Shown in pieces: positions 1 to 8,890 of a stretch of DNA of 64,000 nucleotides. The number at the start of each line of letters is the position of its first letter. The stretch's first letter is position 1. A program made the translations under genes and the position numbers. The stretch covers positions 617 through 64,616 of IMG/VR virus record IMGVR_UViG_3300027792_000002. One strand, 5' to 3'. The notes below the pieces were generated by a model that saw nothing but the letters and a program-made list of their open reading frames with translations, was not told the DNA's origin and did no database searches. Source of the DNA: a virus (Duplodnaviria; Caudoviricetes).

Positions 1-353
1 ATGATTTTTGTCATGTTTTTTATCGAAAAACATTTCCCATTGCAGATTCCTTAAATTCAATCGGTATAGGTTGCGATCTGTTTTAATAAATACTTTTATG
101 CCTTTTATTTCGGCTAAAATTATTTTTTCGTAGTTCCAATTGCCGACCCGGTAATTTATCCAGTCGAAACCTTTATTGTCTGAAAACGACAAGAACCCGG
201 TTTGCTGGTCGTAAGCTAAAATCCAATAGCTCCCCTTTGATTCGATAGTAGTATTCAGGTTTACCCAATCCGGGATAGCCCTTGTTTTGTCAATTTGCCC
301 GTTTGCATATATGCAAATTATTAGGCAAAAATGCAATATTAAAAATAGTTTTT

Positions 354-581
354 TCATTTTTTGTAATTTATAAGCGGGAATTTAACCCCGCCAATTTCTA
401 CGAATTTAACTCTTTTCTCAGAAATTGCATAATATACAGCCCGTTTTTTTTTGCCTAATACTTGGCAATACTCTTCAACGGATACAGCACCCAAGCAGTT
501 TGCACAAATATGCAGAATCTCAATAAGCGTATCTGTGTCTAGTCTAGCTAGATTCTTTATTTGTTTTGGTGTAATAGGCAT
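354..581 (-). CDS. Small HTH DNA-binding protein (excisionase-like) at left flank of array A
   Basis: SVEEYCQVLGKKKRAVYYAI HTH-like pattern followed by a beta wing. Confidence 0.5.
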   Translation of the reverse strand: MPITPKQIKNLARLDTDTLIEILHICANCLGAVSVEEYCQVLGKKKRAVYYAISEKRVKFVEIGGVKFPLINYKK

Positions 582-698
582 TATATCAATTAATTATAGT
601 ATTTGCGCGATTGTGCATTACACATATAAACGAGTTACCGTGCAGTTTGAAAAAAACAGATTAAAATATGATTGTATATAATACTAAATAATTAATTT

Positions 699-1034
699 AT
701 GAAATATTTTACACCAATAGCATCAAATGATGAGGATGGAGAGAAATGGTGTAATTTTTTTAATGAAAAATCAAACCAAGACAATCCAGATAAGTTTAAA
801 AAGAGAGTTTTCTCTGTAAGTCAAATGAATGTTAAATTAGAACTTATTCATTATGACAAAATAGACGGTAATTTCCCAGACAGCAAAATCCCAATTGTAG
901 CAATTATTGAAACAGACACTACATTTGACATCTATGGACTATCTGTAAGAGAAATTAATGGGAAAGACAACTGTAAATATCATGTTCATTCTATCCAGAA
1001 GAGCTTATTTGTTGTTCCAGAATATTTTGATTAA
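699..1034 (+). CDS. Hypothetical protein; the only clearly sense-oriented cassette gene
   Basis: 111-aa ATG ORF inside cassette 634-1208. Confidence 0.65.
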   Translation: MKYFTPIASNDEDGEKWCNFFNEKSNQDNPDKFKKRVFSVSQMNVKLELIHYDKIDGNFPDSKIPIVAIIETDTTFDIYGLSVREINGKDNCKYHVHSIQKSLFVVPEYFD

Positions 1035-1201
1035 CAAATTTATTTCTAAACCTACGCTTAGTTTTATCTGGCATGTTTTTTAATAAATCTGCCATTATTT
1101 TTGGAACAATGTAAGAACGAACTTCAATGATACATTTTTTATTCGATTTATTCATATAATAAAATTAAAATGATTAATAATAAAAAAAATAAAAACCGAC
1201 A

Positions 1202-1332
1202 CGGTAACAAAGTGCAAATTTCATCCCTGCTATGGCGGTAAATTCATGTATTTCATATCGCTAAATATTTTATATTTAATTGAAAAATCAAAGTACGTAT
1301 CCGGGTCGAAAATTTGCACTTGCCCGTTAGCG
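1202..1332 (+). repeat. attC-like site A1 (131 bp)
   Basis: GGTAAC-aagtgcaaattt...aaatttgcactt-gccCGTTAGC. Confidence 0.75.
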
Positions 1333-1563
1333 GTTATTAAAACGACCAAACGCATCCAAACATTCCTGAACTGAGTTATGTGTTTCAGAAAATTCAGAAT
1401 ACCATCGTTTATCCATTCTTGGTTCTTCAACTGATGCAAGGAATGTTTTGCCTCCATCCATTGTAAAAATTGAGTACTTTCTACTATCTGTTTTCTTTTC
1501 ATAAGCATAGCAGAAATCAGGTCTTTGTTTGTTTTTTACGAGTTTAAATTCTTTTAAGTTCAT
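1327..1563 (-). CDS. Hypothetical cassette protein (MNLKEF..., 78 aa)
   Basis: ORF fills cassette; stop TAA lies in the GTTA box. Confidence 0.7.
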   Translation of the reverse strand: MNLKEFKLVKNKQRPDFCYAYEKKTDSRKYSIFTMDGGKTFLASVEEPRMDKRWYSEFSETHNSVQECLDAFGRFNNR

Positions 1564-1581
1564 AATGATAAGATTAACAAC

Positions 1582-1710
1582 CGCTAACACACAATAAAAA
1601 ATATATGGGTATTAGTGGTAAATTGTGCGGTCTGCTTCTAATTTAATTCAATGCGTGGGATAAGTAACCGCTTCGAAATCCCATACATTTCTTATTGTAA
1701 AACGTTGTGT
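1582..1710 (+). repeat. attC-like site A2 (129 bp)
   Basis: GCTAAC-acaataaaaaatatatggg...cccatacatttcttattgt-aaaaCGTTGTG. Confidence 0.75.
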
Positions 1711-1767
1711 TTCATTGCGCTTGAAAATTTAGGTTTAAATGAAGTGTTTCCGCAAGCGCAACGGAAA

Positions 1768-2143
1768 ACACAACACATTATATAGGTAATGCAACGTGCA
1801 TTTAATCGGCATTTGTGCAAGTTTTATTTTTGCCTACGCTCAATTTTAGCCTTACCAATCATAAATTCAATCCCTGTTATTTTACCTTTAAGTTCCCCTA
1901 ATTTGCTATCGCTTAAAGCACTCCCAAAATTATTTAAATCTTGTTTTAGTTCTAATAATAATTTTTCTGCTGTTATGTCGCTTAGTTGTCTTTCTGGTAC
2001 TGCAACATATACAATTTTTTTCTTTCCAAACATTCTATTTAGTTTTATGCCCACGCTCAAAAATAAAACGCGAGCGGTTATACATTTAATCAACTTTCGT
2101 GAAGTTTCGAGGGTTGCACTACCCATATAATTTAACGTTGTGC
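1768..2143 (+). repeat. Long attC-like site A3 (376 bp) with an ORF in its loop
   Basis: ACAAC-attatataggtaatgcaac...gttgcactacccatataat-ttaaCGTTGTG. Confidence 0.6.
1824..2033 (-). CDS. Hypothetical 69-aa protein inside attC-like loop
   Basis: ATG ORF MFGKKKIV..., helical. Confidence 0.55.
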   Translation of the reverse strand: MFGKKKIVYVAVPERQLSDITAEKLLLELKQDLNNFGSALSDSKLGELKGKITGIEFMIGKAKIERRQK

Positions 2144-2149
2144 GTAATG

Positions 2150-2365
2150 CTAAGATTCGCACTTCGGATGCCGTTTTTTGTCTTTAACCCACTCTTTAAA
2201 TTCTTTTCTATAATGAGCAAACTCGACAATTATCCACATAGTTTTAAATCTATGACCCAATTCATCAAGTAACAATTTACCTAAATATCCAATTACTAAT
2301 ATGCTTCCAATTGTTGCAGAAAGCCAAAAAACTATTAATCCAATCCAGTAATAAATTTGTTCCAT
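2150..2365 (-). CDS. Small membrane protein (cassette)
   Basis: N-terminal hydrophobic helix YYWIGLIVFWLSATIGSILVIG. Confidence 0.7.
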   Translation of the reverse strand: MEQIYYWIGLIVFWLSATIGSILVIGYLGKLLLDELGHRFKTMWIIVEFAHYRKEFKEWVKDKKRHPKCES

Positions 2366-2388
2366 TGTTTTGATTATTAAAGCACTAC

Positions 2389-2519
2389 GCACAACACGCA
2401 ATATAAAACATGCTGGGCTTCGTGTGGTTATTGAATATTTGTTCTCGTTTCAAAATTGTAGCGGTTTGACAAGTCCGTGCTTCGTAATCCAGCACGATTT
2501 CATATTGCCATCGTTAGAG
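2389..2519 (+). repeat. attC-like site A4 (131 bp)
   Basis: ACAAC-gcaatataaaacatgctgg...ccagcacgatttcatattgc-catCGTTAGAG. Confidence 0.75.
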
Positions 2520-2646
2520 CGAAAGCCCGAAGGGATTTCGCTCTAACGGCTCCGTGCTTTGCGCGAGTCCAGCCCTCCGGGACTGTCCTCTAACACGGGC
2601 TTTGCGCACGGGCTTGCGCCTGGCGCAAAGCACGGAGCAGTTATGG
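2513..2646 (+). mobile_element. GC-rich ORF-less cassette plus attC-like site A5; near-identical copy at 46437-46570
   Basis: GTTAGAGCGAAA...TTTCGCTCTAAC hairpin followed by GCTCCGTGCTTTGCGC...GCGCAAAGCACGGAGC. Confidence 0.75.
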
Positions 2647-2681
2647 GTAAGCATATTGCAGCCTACCCATTTGATAAAGAA

Positions 2682-2903
2682 TTAAGAAGTTGGCTTCGGG
2701 TCTAAATTTGACAGAACTTCGACAGGAGTAATATCTGAATAGTGTTTCCAGAATTTATTCCCGTTCATATTCTGTATTTTAATCCATGTGCCACTTGGAG
2801 AGATTTCAAGTATTTTTATCTCTTCAACTTTTGACGAAGACGAATAACCTCGTTCTTTTTCTGTGACAAGTACTCTTTTGTGCAATAATTCAGTTACGTT
2901 CAT
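2682..2903 (-). CDS. Hypothetical cassette protein (SH3-like beta barrel?)
   Basis: 73-aa ORF, EIKILEISPSGTWIKI. Confidence 0.7.
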   Translation of the reverse strand: MNVTELLHKRVLVTEKERGYSSSSKVEEIKILEISPSGTWIKIQNMNGNKFWKHYSDITPVEVLSNLDPKPTS

Positions 2904-2957
2904 AATTTTGAAAATTTAATGATTAATGTATAAATATTTGATTAATAAATGCCTAAC

Positions 2958-3087
2958 CCATAACTTCAGCTACCCGTCAAGTGCGGCAGCAGTGGTTTTA
3001 GGTGTGTATCTTTCCGCTCAAACCGTCTTTCGGCTTGACAGGAAATCGCCCGCAGTCCGCATCTGCGTGTAGCTTCCTACGTTGTGC
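2958..3087 (+). repeat. attC-like site A6 (130 bp), related to C9
   Basis: CATAAC-agctacccg...tgacaggaaa...ctgcgtgtagct-tcctaCGTTGTG. Confidence 0.7.
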
Positions 3088-3218
3088 GTCATTTAAGACG
3101 GACACAGCACGCATCGGAAATCGTCTAAAATCATTGCAATTAAAAGTTGCCTAAAATCTGCAAGCATATCAGACCAGTTAACGCAGTGCATAGCTGAATA
3201 AACTTTCATTCGTTCAGT

Positions 3219-3407
3219 TTAAGACAGCTCAATCTCATTACCTGTGCGAGGATGGATTTTGATTAAATCAGAATCACCATCAGAATATTTATTGATGTTT
3301 AATTTACCATCAACAGATTCAGATAATCTAAACCTCTCTTCACCAATATAGATAGTAATTATTTTTACTTCAATTGGTTCTTCGTCTCTTTCTTTTTTGA
3401 ATTTCAT
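3219..3407 (-). CDS. Hypothetical cassette protein
   Basis: 62-aa ATG ORF. Confidence 0.65.
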   Translation of the reverse strand: MKFKKERDEEPIEVKIITIYIGEERFRLSESVDGKLNINKYSDGDSDLIKIHPRTGNEIELS

Positions 3408-3447
3408 AATATATTGTTTTAAAATTAGTTACTAATAAAAACCGAAG

Positions 3448-3543
3448 CGATAACACGCAATATAGCACAAAAGCCAAGTTAAGGCGGTGCTTCGTGGTGT
3501 GGTTCGGTGGTTGGCTTTAGATGCCATATTGCCAACGTTATAG
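3448..3543 (+). repeat. attC-like site A7 (96 bp)
   Basis: GATAAC-gcaatatagca..aaagcca...tggcttt..tgccatattgc-caaCGTTATAG. Confidence 0.7.
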
Positions 3544-3834
3544 ATAATGACCACCACATCTTAAGCATCTACCACTTGCACCTATTTTCCATACCGTTCT
3601 GCCTTTTTGTTCACAATTGCAAATGTCACTATCTATAACGTCCGCAGGTATATACAAGCGTTGGTGATCCATTACAAAACCATATATTTTTTCGTATGTT
3701 TTGGTCAGTATATCTGTTTTCCCCCTCAAGTAGTTTGACAGGGAACTTTGGGTTATTTTTGTACCTGCTGATATTTCGCAGTTTTTTAGCCCGGAGTTTT
3801 TTATTTTTTCGATTAATTCTTTTCGTAAATCCAT
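3538..3834 (-). CDS. XRE-type HTH protein with cassette-encoded C-terminal Zn ribbon
   Basis: LKNCEISAGTKITQSSLSNYLRGK HTH; CNC...CLRC in cassette 3537-3639. Confidence 0.7.
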   Translation of the reverse strand: MDLRKELIEKIKNSGLKNCEISAGTKITQSSLSNYLRGKTDILTKTYEKIYGFVMDHQRLYIPADVIDSDICNCEQKGRTVWKIGASGRCLRCGGHYL

Positions 3835-4156
3835 GTTTTTTTATAATCGGTGTCCATAATGTTATTTTTTCCATTGGTTATTGAATATTTTTCTCACATA
3901 GGATTGTAATGCCTCCCTGTCCTCTTTGTTTTCTATGCGCCGTATTCTTGGCATGATGTTGTTTTCGAGTTCGTTTAGTGCGTCAAAATCTTTGTGAATA
4001 TCAAATTTCCTGTTGTACATGGTGTTGTTTTTTACGGTTAATGTTTTAATTTTATGTTTTTTATGATTAACTTAGTGGTATTGCTTGCCCCGCTTCCCGT
4101 CAGATCAGCGCGCTTAGGGCAAGCCTTTTATGTTCTTTGGAATGTTGTTTTTTGCA

Positions 4157-4393
4157 TCAGCCAATTTCAAGATACTTTTTGAAACTGATTTGTTTAAACC
4201 CCTGTTTGTCGAGTTCTATGCAAAATGCAGCATAGGCCTCTATTTCCGAATTGTTAGTATTTTGTGAATTGTGGTTTTTTTGTTGTTCTGCATATTCTTC
4301 CATTGCAGCAACTATTACAGCTATTTCATCCATGTTTAAATAAAAAGCTGCTTTTGTAACTTTTTCTTGTAATATTGTAATTGCTTTTTTCAT
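4157..4393 (-). CDS. Hypothetical phage protein
   Basis: ORF from MKKAITIL; AMEEYAEQ motif. Confidence 0.55.
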   Translation of the reverse strand: MKKAITILQEKVTKAAFYLNMDEIAVIVAAMEEYAEQQKNHNSQNTNNSEIEAYAAFCIELDKQGFKQISFKKYLEIG

Positions 4394-4503
4394 TGCTTTA
4401 GTTATTAAATAAAACAAAATAGTATTTCTCCCCGGCAATCCGGGTGGCATAGTTTTGGGGATAGTAAAAGTCATAAAGTTTTGTTGTTTTCATAATAGGT
4501 TTT

Positions 4504-4704
4504 TTAGGATTCGGTATTGAAATACAATTCAAAGTTATTTATGACTGAAATTATCTGTTTCAATTCGTATTTAGACAATTCCACTACTTCACAGGGGATG
4601 AAAATCCCATCGTGGTAAACAACCCCCATCGGGTCACCTGAATCAGTCCGCAACTCGATTTTTTGCGGTTCGGATTCGTTTGATTGGTGTTTTTTGAGTT
4701 TCAT
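4504..4704 (-). CDS. Hypothetical protein
   Basis: ATG ORF with A-rich leader. Confidence 0.55.
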   Translation of the reverse strand: MKLKKHQSNESEPQKIELRTDSGDPMGVVYHDGIFIPCEVVELSKYELKQIISVINNFELYFNTES

Positions 4705-5072
4705 AATATCGTTTTTTTATGGTTGTTTTTTAAGTTTCAATAAATCTTTGTTTTGGTATTGTTGCCCTATAAAAATCTGTGTTTTTTTCATAAACATCAA
4801 CAACTATTGTCCCAATAGGATAAACAATAGATGATGTACATTTTCTTTCTTCGTTAAAATAATATTTGTTGGCTGAATATGTTTTCATAATTGTTGTTTT
4901 TTATGGGTTGATTTTAACGCCGATGGCGCAAATAAACGGCACGATAGAGGGGAACAGTGCCACAAAGCCATATAAAGGGCTTAAAAGGGCTAAAAACACG
5001 GTTGCAGCGAATAATACCGCCCCGATTGATAGCAGTACCCTGATTTCTTTCTTTGTTTCCATGGTTTTATGG

Positions 5073-5426
5073 TTACAGTTGTTTTAATTTCAATAGTTCG
5101 TTATTAGCTAAATTAATTAGCATTAAAATATTTTCTTTATCGTTTTTTACATCTTCCCATGTTATTTTTTCAAGCTCAAAGCAATAGTCCCAAAGACTAG
5201 AAAGTCCGAAAATGTTCCTTTTACCGTCAAAATAATGATCAATAACGTACCTATGAGTATTGGTTGCAGTGCATGACTGCCAGTTCCCGCTTTTTATAGC
5301 TTTCCCAAAAGCAATAAAAACAGTCGGAAATTGAATTGGTGAAGCATAATTTTTTGTTGCATCCCTTAGTTTAAATGTACCTTCAAAATAAGTCGCTTTT
5401 TTGTTTGTTTTAAAAATAGTTTCCAT
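5073..5426 (-). CDS. Hypothetical protein
   Basis: 117-aa ORF in co-oriented run. Confidence 0.65.
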   Translation of the reverse strand: METIFKTNKKATYFEGTFKLRDATKNYASPIQFPTVFIAFGKAIKSGNWQSCTATNTHRYVIDHYFDGKRNIFGLSSLWDYCFELEKITWEDVKNDKENILMLINLANNELLKLKQL

Positions 5427-5441
5427 TTATAAGACATTTTT

Positions 5442-5696
5442 TTAATTTTTAATTTTTATAAAATTTTGTTTTGTAATTTTATCCAATGAAACAGAAAAGC
5501 GTAAACTATGCCCTAATTTAGAAAAGCATTCTTCTACCTCAAAAATTGCAAAATAAGAAGAACCCCCTAAATTTCTGACTTTAGGAAGTTTTGTATATGT
5601 AACAGTTAATATTTCCCCATTAAATGTACCATCGTAGTATCCAGATAAAATATCTGGATTTGTACATTTAAATTGATCCCCTAATTTTATTTTCAT
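5442..5696 (-). CDS. Hypothetical protein
   Basis: 84-aa ORF; leader nearly identical to that of 5785-6153. Confidence 0.6.
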   Translation of the reverse strand: MKIKLGDQFKCTNPDILSGYYDGTFNGEILTVTYTKLPKVRNLGGSSYFAIFEVEECFSKLGHSLRFSVSLDKITKQNFIKIKN

Positions 5697-5784
5697 TTCG
5701 TTTGTTTTTTAGGTTTTAACGTTAATAAATATTTTTGTTTAATTCGCTTGTTTTTAGTAATTTGCAGGATGTTCTTTGACGTAT

Positions 5785-6153
5785 TTAAACTATTTCGACT
5801 GGGTTGCCCCAAATCCATCCCTCTGGAAGATGCGTAGTGGGCAATTTATACCCTATTTTTTCGAGTTGGAATTTTTTGGTCGTTATAACTCTCTTCCATT
5901 TGTTCCTGCCCGAAACTTGCAATACACCGTTTATTTTATCGAATGAATAATTTTTGTTTATCATAGTAAACGGCCTAAACATATTGCATGGATAGTTGTT
6001 TTGAAAAACAACGTGTCCGGGAGCAATCATAAATCCATCGAATCCAGATTTTATAGTAAAAACGGATTCAATTTCTTTTCCAATAAATTTTTCTATTTCT
6101 GCAATATTAACAGAAGTGCAAAGATTTGTTTTGGTTAAGTTCTGGGTTTTCAT
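5785..6153 (-). CDS. Hypothetical protein
   Basis: 122-aa ORF; leader AAAAACAAACGAAATG. Confidence 0.65.
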   Translation of the reverse strand: MKTQNLTKTNLCTSVNIAEIEKFIGKEIESVFTIKSGFDGFMIAPGHVVFQNNYPCNMFRPFTMINKNYSFDKINGVLQVSGRNKWKRVITTKKFQLEKIGYKLPTTHLPEGWIWGNPVEIV

Positions 6154-6592
6154 TTCGTTTGTTTTTAAGGTTTAAATTCAGTGGGCAGCCCGGTAACGAT
6201 CCGGCAATCCAAGACAAAGCTTGAAATGTCCATTTTGCCCTATTGAGAGTATTTTCAGAATGTTTTCTTTCGTTTTTGCAATCCTCGATATGTTGCCGCC
6301 TATCGTACGCGCTTCTCGTTTTTTTTTGGTACAGGGTGAGGTCCCTCCGAATCGGGTGAAGCTTCAACTTCGTGAGTAGCATCATTTAAGATGTGAACTT
6401 TCAATGATTAAAGATAGCAATTATTTCAATACGATTATCAAAAAAGATAATAAATTTTATATAAAAATATAACAAAATAGCGGTTTTGTAACAATTGTTA
6501 CATTTTGGCATATTTGATCCAGTACTGGTGCAATAAAACACCAAACATGACAAATATCATGGTTTATGAAAACCAAAATACACTGCTAAAAA

Positions 6593-6623
6593 TTTGCAAT
6601 ACCACAAATAATTGCTATATTTG
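6593..6623 (+). promoter_or_regulatory. Bacteroidota-type promoter upstream of terS
   Basis: TTTG (6593) ... TATATTTG (6616-6623) matching -33/-7 TAnnTTTG consensus. Confidence 0.55.
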
Positions 6624-6925
6624 CAGTTGAACATAATAATTATGTCAATGGGAGAAGGAACAGAAATAAAAAAACGGGCTAAAATCCTGAACCTGATCGA
6701 AGCACTCAGGAAACAGTGGCCTATCAGGATCGAATCGAAATTGCTAGGAAAAGAAATAAAGGTATTTTTATCTTAAATTATGGAAACAAAGAATAAAACA
6801 AAGATCAGGATAAAAAACCCGTTCAAACAAAAAAAGGCAAAGACAGCGACAAAGCCGCCAATCTTCTGCAAAACATCATTCACCCGCTCAAACGATGAAG
6901 TAATATTTACTTAACAAAAAGAGAA

Positions 6926-7462
6926 ATGGTATTTCCCAAAGGCAAAAAAAGACCAGACATGGAAAAAAACAACTATTGGAAGATCGCCGTTGAAAATGGG
7001 ACTATTGGAAACAATAAACTATATACACCAATAGAGCTAGCAAAAAAAATTAATGAATGGGTAGAAATAACATTAAATTCTGTCTGGGAAAGAGAGGACT
7101 TTATTAAATCTGGACAAGAAGCAGGGAAAAAGATTTATTTAGAAACTCCTACTCCATTCTTAATTCAAGACCTGTGTTTGTTTTTAAAGGTTAACCGCAA
7201 TTATCTGACAGATTTGAATGATAGCATAAAAAATAAAAATGATCCCGAATCAAAGGAATTTTCACGCATTATTGCACATATAGAGTTGTTAATCACAAAT
7301 CAAAAGCTCCAAGGGGCAACGGTTGGAGCTTATAACCCTACGATTGTCAGTATGTTGGAAGGGTTGAGGTATAAGGCGGATGTAACCAGTGACGGCGAGC
7401 CGTTGTCCATCAACATCAATGTAAGCTCCAACAATGTAAAGGACATCCTGAATAAGGAATGA
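6926..7462 (+). CDS. terS: Terminase small subunit (P22 gp3-like DNA-packaging protein)
   Basis: YTPIEL...PFLIQDLCLFL...QKLQGATVGAYNPTIVS...KADVTSDGEPL. Confidence 0.75.
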   Translation: MVFPKGKKRPDMEKNNYWKIAVENGTIGNNKLYTPIELAKKINEWVEITLNSVWEREDFIKSGQEAGKKIYLETPTPFLIQDLCLFLKVNRNYLTDLNDSIKNKNDPESKEFSRIIAHIELLITNQKLQGATVGAYNPTIVSMLEGLRYKADVTSDGEPLSININVSSNNVKDILNKE

Positions 7463-7511
7463 TATACTTTGTTTTGTTTGTTTCATAAGTTTTGGGTTTA
7501 GATTAGTTGGG

Positions 7512-7541
7512 AATCCGGGTTAAATTGCCCGGATTCTTTGT
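7512..7541 (+). terminator. Intrinsic terminator-like hairpin after terS
   Basis: GAATCCGGG-ttaaattg-CCCGGATTC-TTTG. Confidence 0.55.
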
Positions 7542-7625
7542 TTGAACCGGTGCCGATCCTGCATATAACATAATAAATATTTTGTTATCTTTGTGCGTTT
7601 GTCGAGGGCAAATAAACAAGAATGT

Positions 7626-7838
7626 ATGAAAACAGGTATTTTTGACAAAGGAAGCGGCACGATGCACGTGTTTAACAGCAAACAGGATGTTGCGAAGTTC
7701 CTATCAATCCACCGCAATACGTTATCATATCATCAAGCGAATAAGACCATCGAATATAGAGGCTTTTTGCTTTCGTTTGATGTAAAAGAACATAAATCAA
7801 AGGGTAAAATCAGGCAAACCCAAGCATTTACAGCGTGA
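7626..7838 (+). CDS. NUMOD1-like small HTH protein
   Basis: HVFNSKQDVAKFLSIHRNTLSYH. Confidence 0.5.
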   Translation: MKTGIFDKGSGTMHVFNSKQDVAKFLSIHRNTLSYHQANKTIEYRGFLLSFDVKEHKSKGKIRQTQAFTA

Positions 7839-8392
7839 CACCGTGTCATACAGCCACAGGAAGCCGCCACGTGCCACAGGCTGCACTCCAATAGCGAGCC
7901 TATCTAATGCAAAGGCATCGTATCATAATCCACATACAACCACAAAACAACACGATTACAAGGCATTACTGGTTGATTTACAAATAGTTGCCTGATTCCT
8001 ATTTAACACAATAACAATTATAAGACAAACAGGTGTTTGTGAGTTATGGTGGCGGTTGGGTGCGCTACCATTGCAGGGTCAATCCTATTTAACATAATGC
8101 AGGTACGTGCAGGGCTGGCATGGATACCCCCCCCCGGCAAAAATATTCCGCTTTTATTCCTATTGCCCGCCTATATATAAATAGTTTAAGGTATTCCCCT
8201 CTACCGTACTTTCAGTAGGATTGGGTTTTGGTTTTTTGAGGGGGATATGGGTTTATTTGGTATAAAGTGTTTTTGGGTAAATTGGGTAAATTGGATTTAG
8301 TGATTTGGCAAAATATGCGGGGATATTTTTGGGGTATAGGGTTTTTTATAATTTGATTGGGATAATGGTTAGAATGGGCTTTAAATAGGGTT

Positions 8393-8617
8393 TTATGGGA
8401 TAATTTTTATGTTATCGAAGTTTAATTGGTTTTGTGGTTTGTATGTAGGGGTGTATATCCCGGGTTCTGTTTCTGTTATGTCTATTATTACATCAGGCAG
8501 GATGAAGTCTTGTTTTAGGAGTTTGGTTACGGGTTCTCCTGTTTCTTGCACGGATAGTTTTATAGAAGTATTTCCGAAGTATTTTCCTTTGTCGAGTATT
8601 TCAAATTTCAGTTGCAT
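8393..8617 (-). CDS. Hypothetical protein, paralog of 9142-9354
   Basis: FEILD..IKLSVQETGEPVTKLLKQDF..IIDITETEP. Confidence 0.65.
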   Translation of the reverse strand: MQLKFEILDKGKYFGNTSIKLSVQETGEPVTKLLKQDFILPDVIIDITETEPGIYTPTYKPQNQLNFDNIKIIP

Positions 8618-8849
8618 TGTATTTCCGTTGTTTCAGGTCTTTTGCTATGTTTTGCAGTCGATTGATTTCGTTTGCCAGTCCCGTCATGTCTTTTATGAAC
8701 CCTTTTATTAGCTTTGCGGCAACCCGTGCAGACAAGACGGTGTTTTTGTCGCCGCAATTTTTAATTATTTCCTTTTCAAAATTCAGTATTGCTTTATAAT
8801 TATTGATTAATTGCCTTGATTTTTCTATTTTGGTTGGTTTTGTTTCCAT
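8601..8849 (-). CDS. Hypothetical coiled-coil protein
   Basis: 82-aa ORF overlapping next start. Confidence 0.6.
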   Translation of the reverse strand: METKPTKIEKSRQLINNYKAILNFEKEIIKNCGDKNTVLSARVAAKLIKGFIKDMTGLANEINRLQNIAKDLKQRKYNATEI

Positions 8850-8890
8850 TATAGCCGATTTAAAGTTTTATTTTGATAGTATTTGATGGT

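Larger units (their letters stand above)
634..3639 (+). mobile_element. Integron-like cassette array A (8 cassettes, 7 attC-like sites)
   Basis: Units with terminal inverted repeats GTT...AAC: 634-1208, 1326-1588, 1704-1774, 2137-2395, 2513-2547, 2640-2964, 3081-3454 (poor end match), 3537-3639; separated by imperfect palindromes. Confidence 0.8.
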
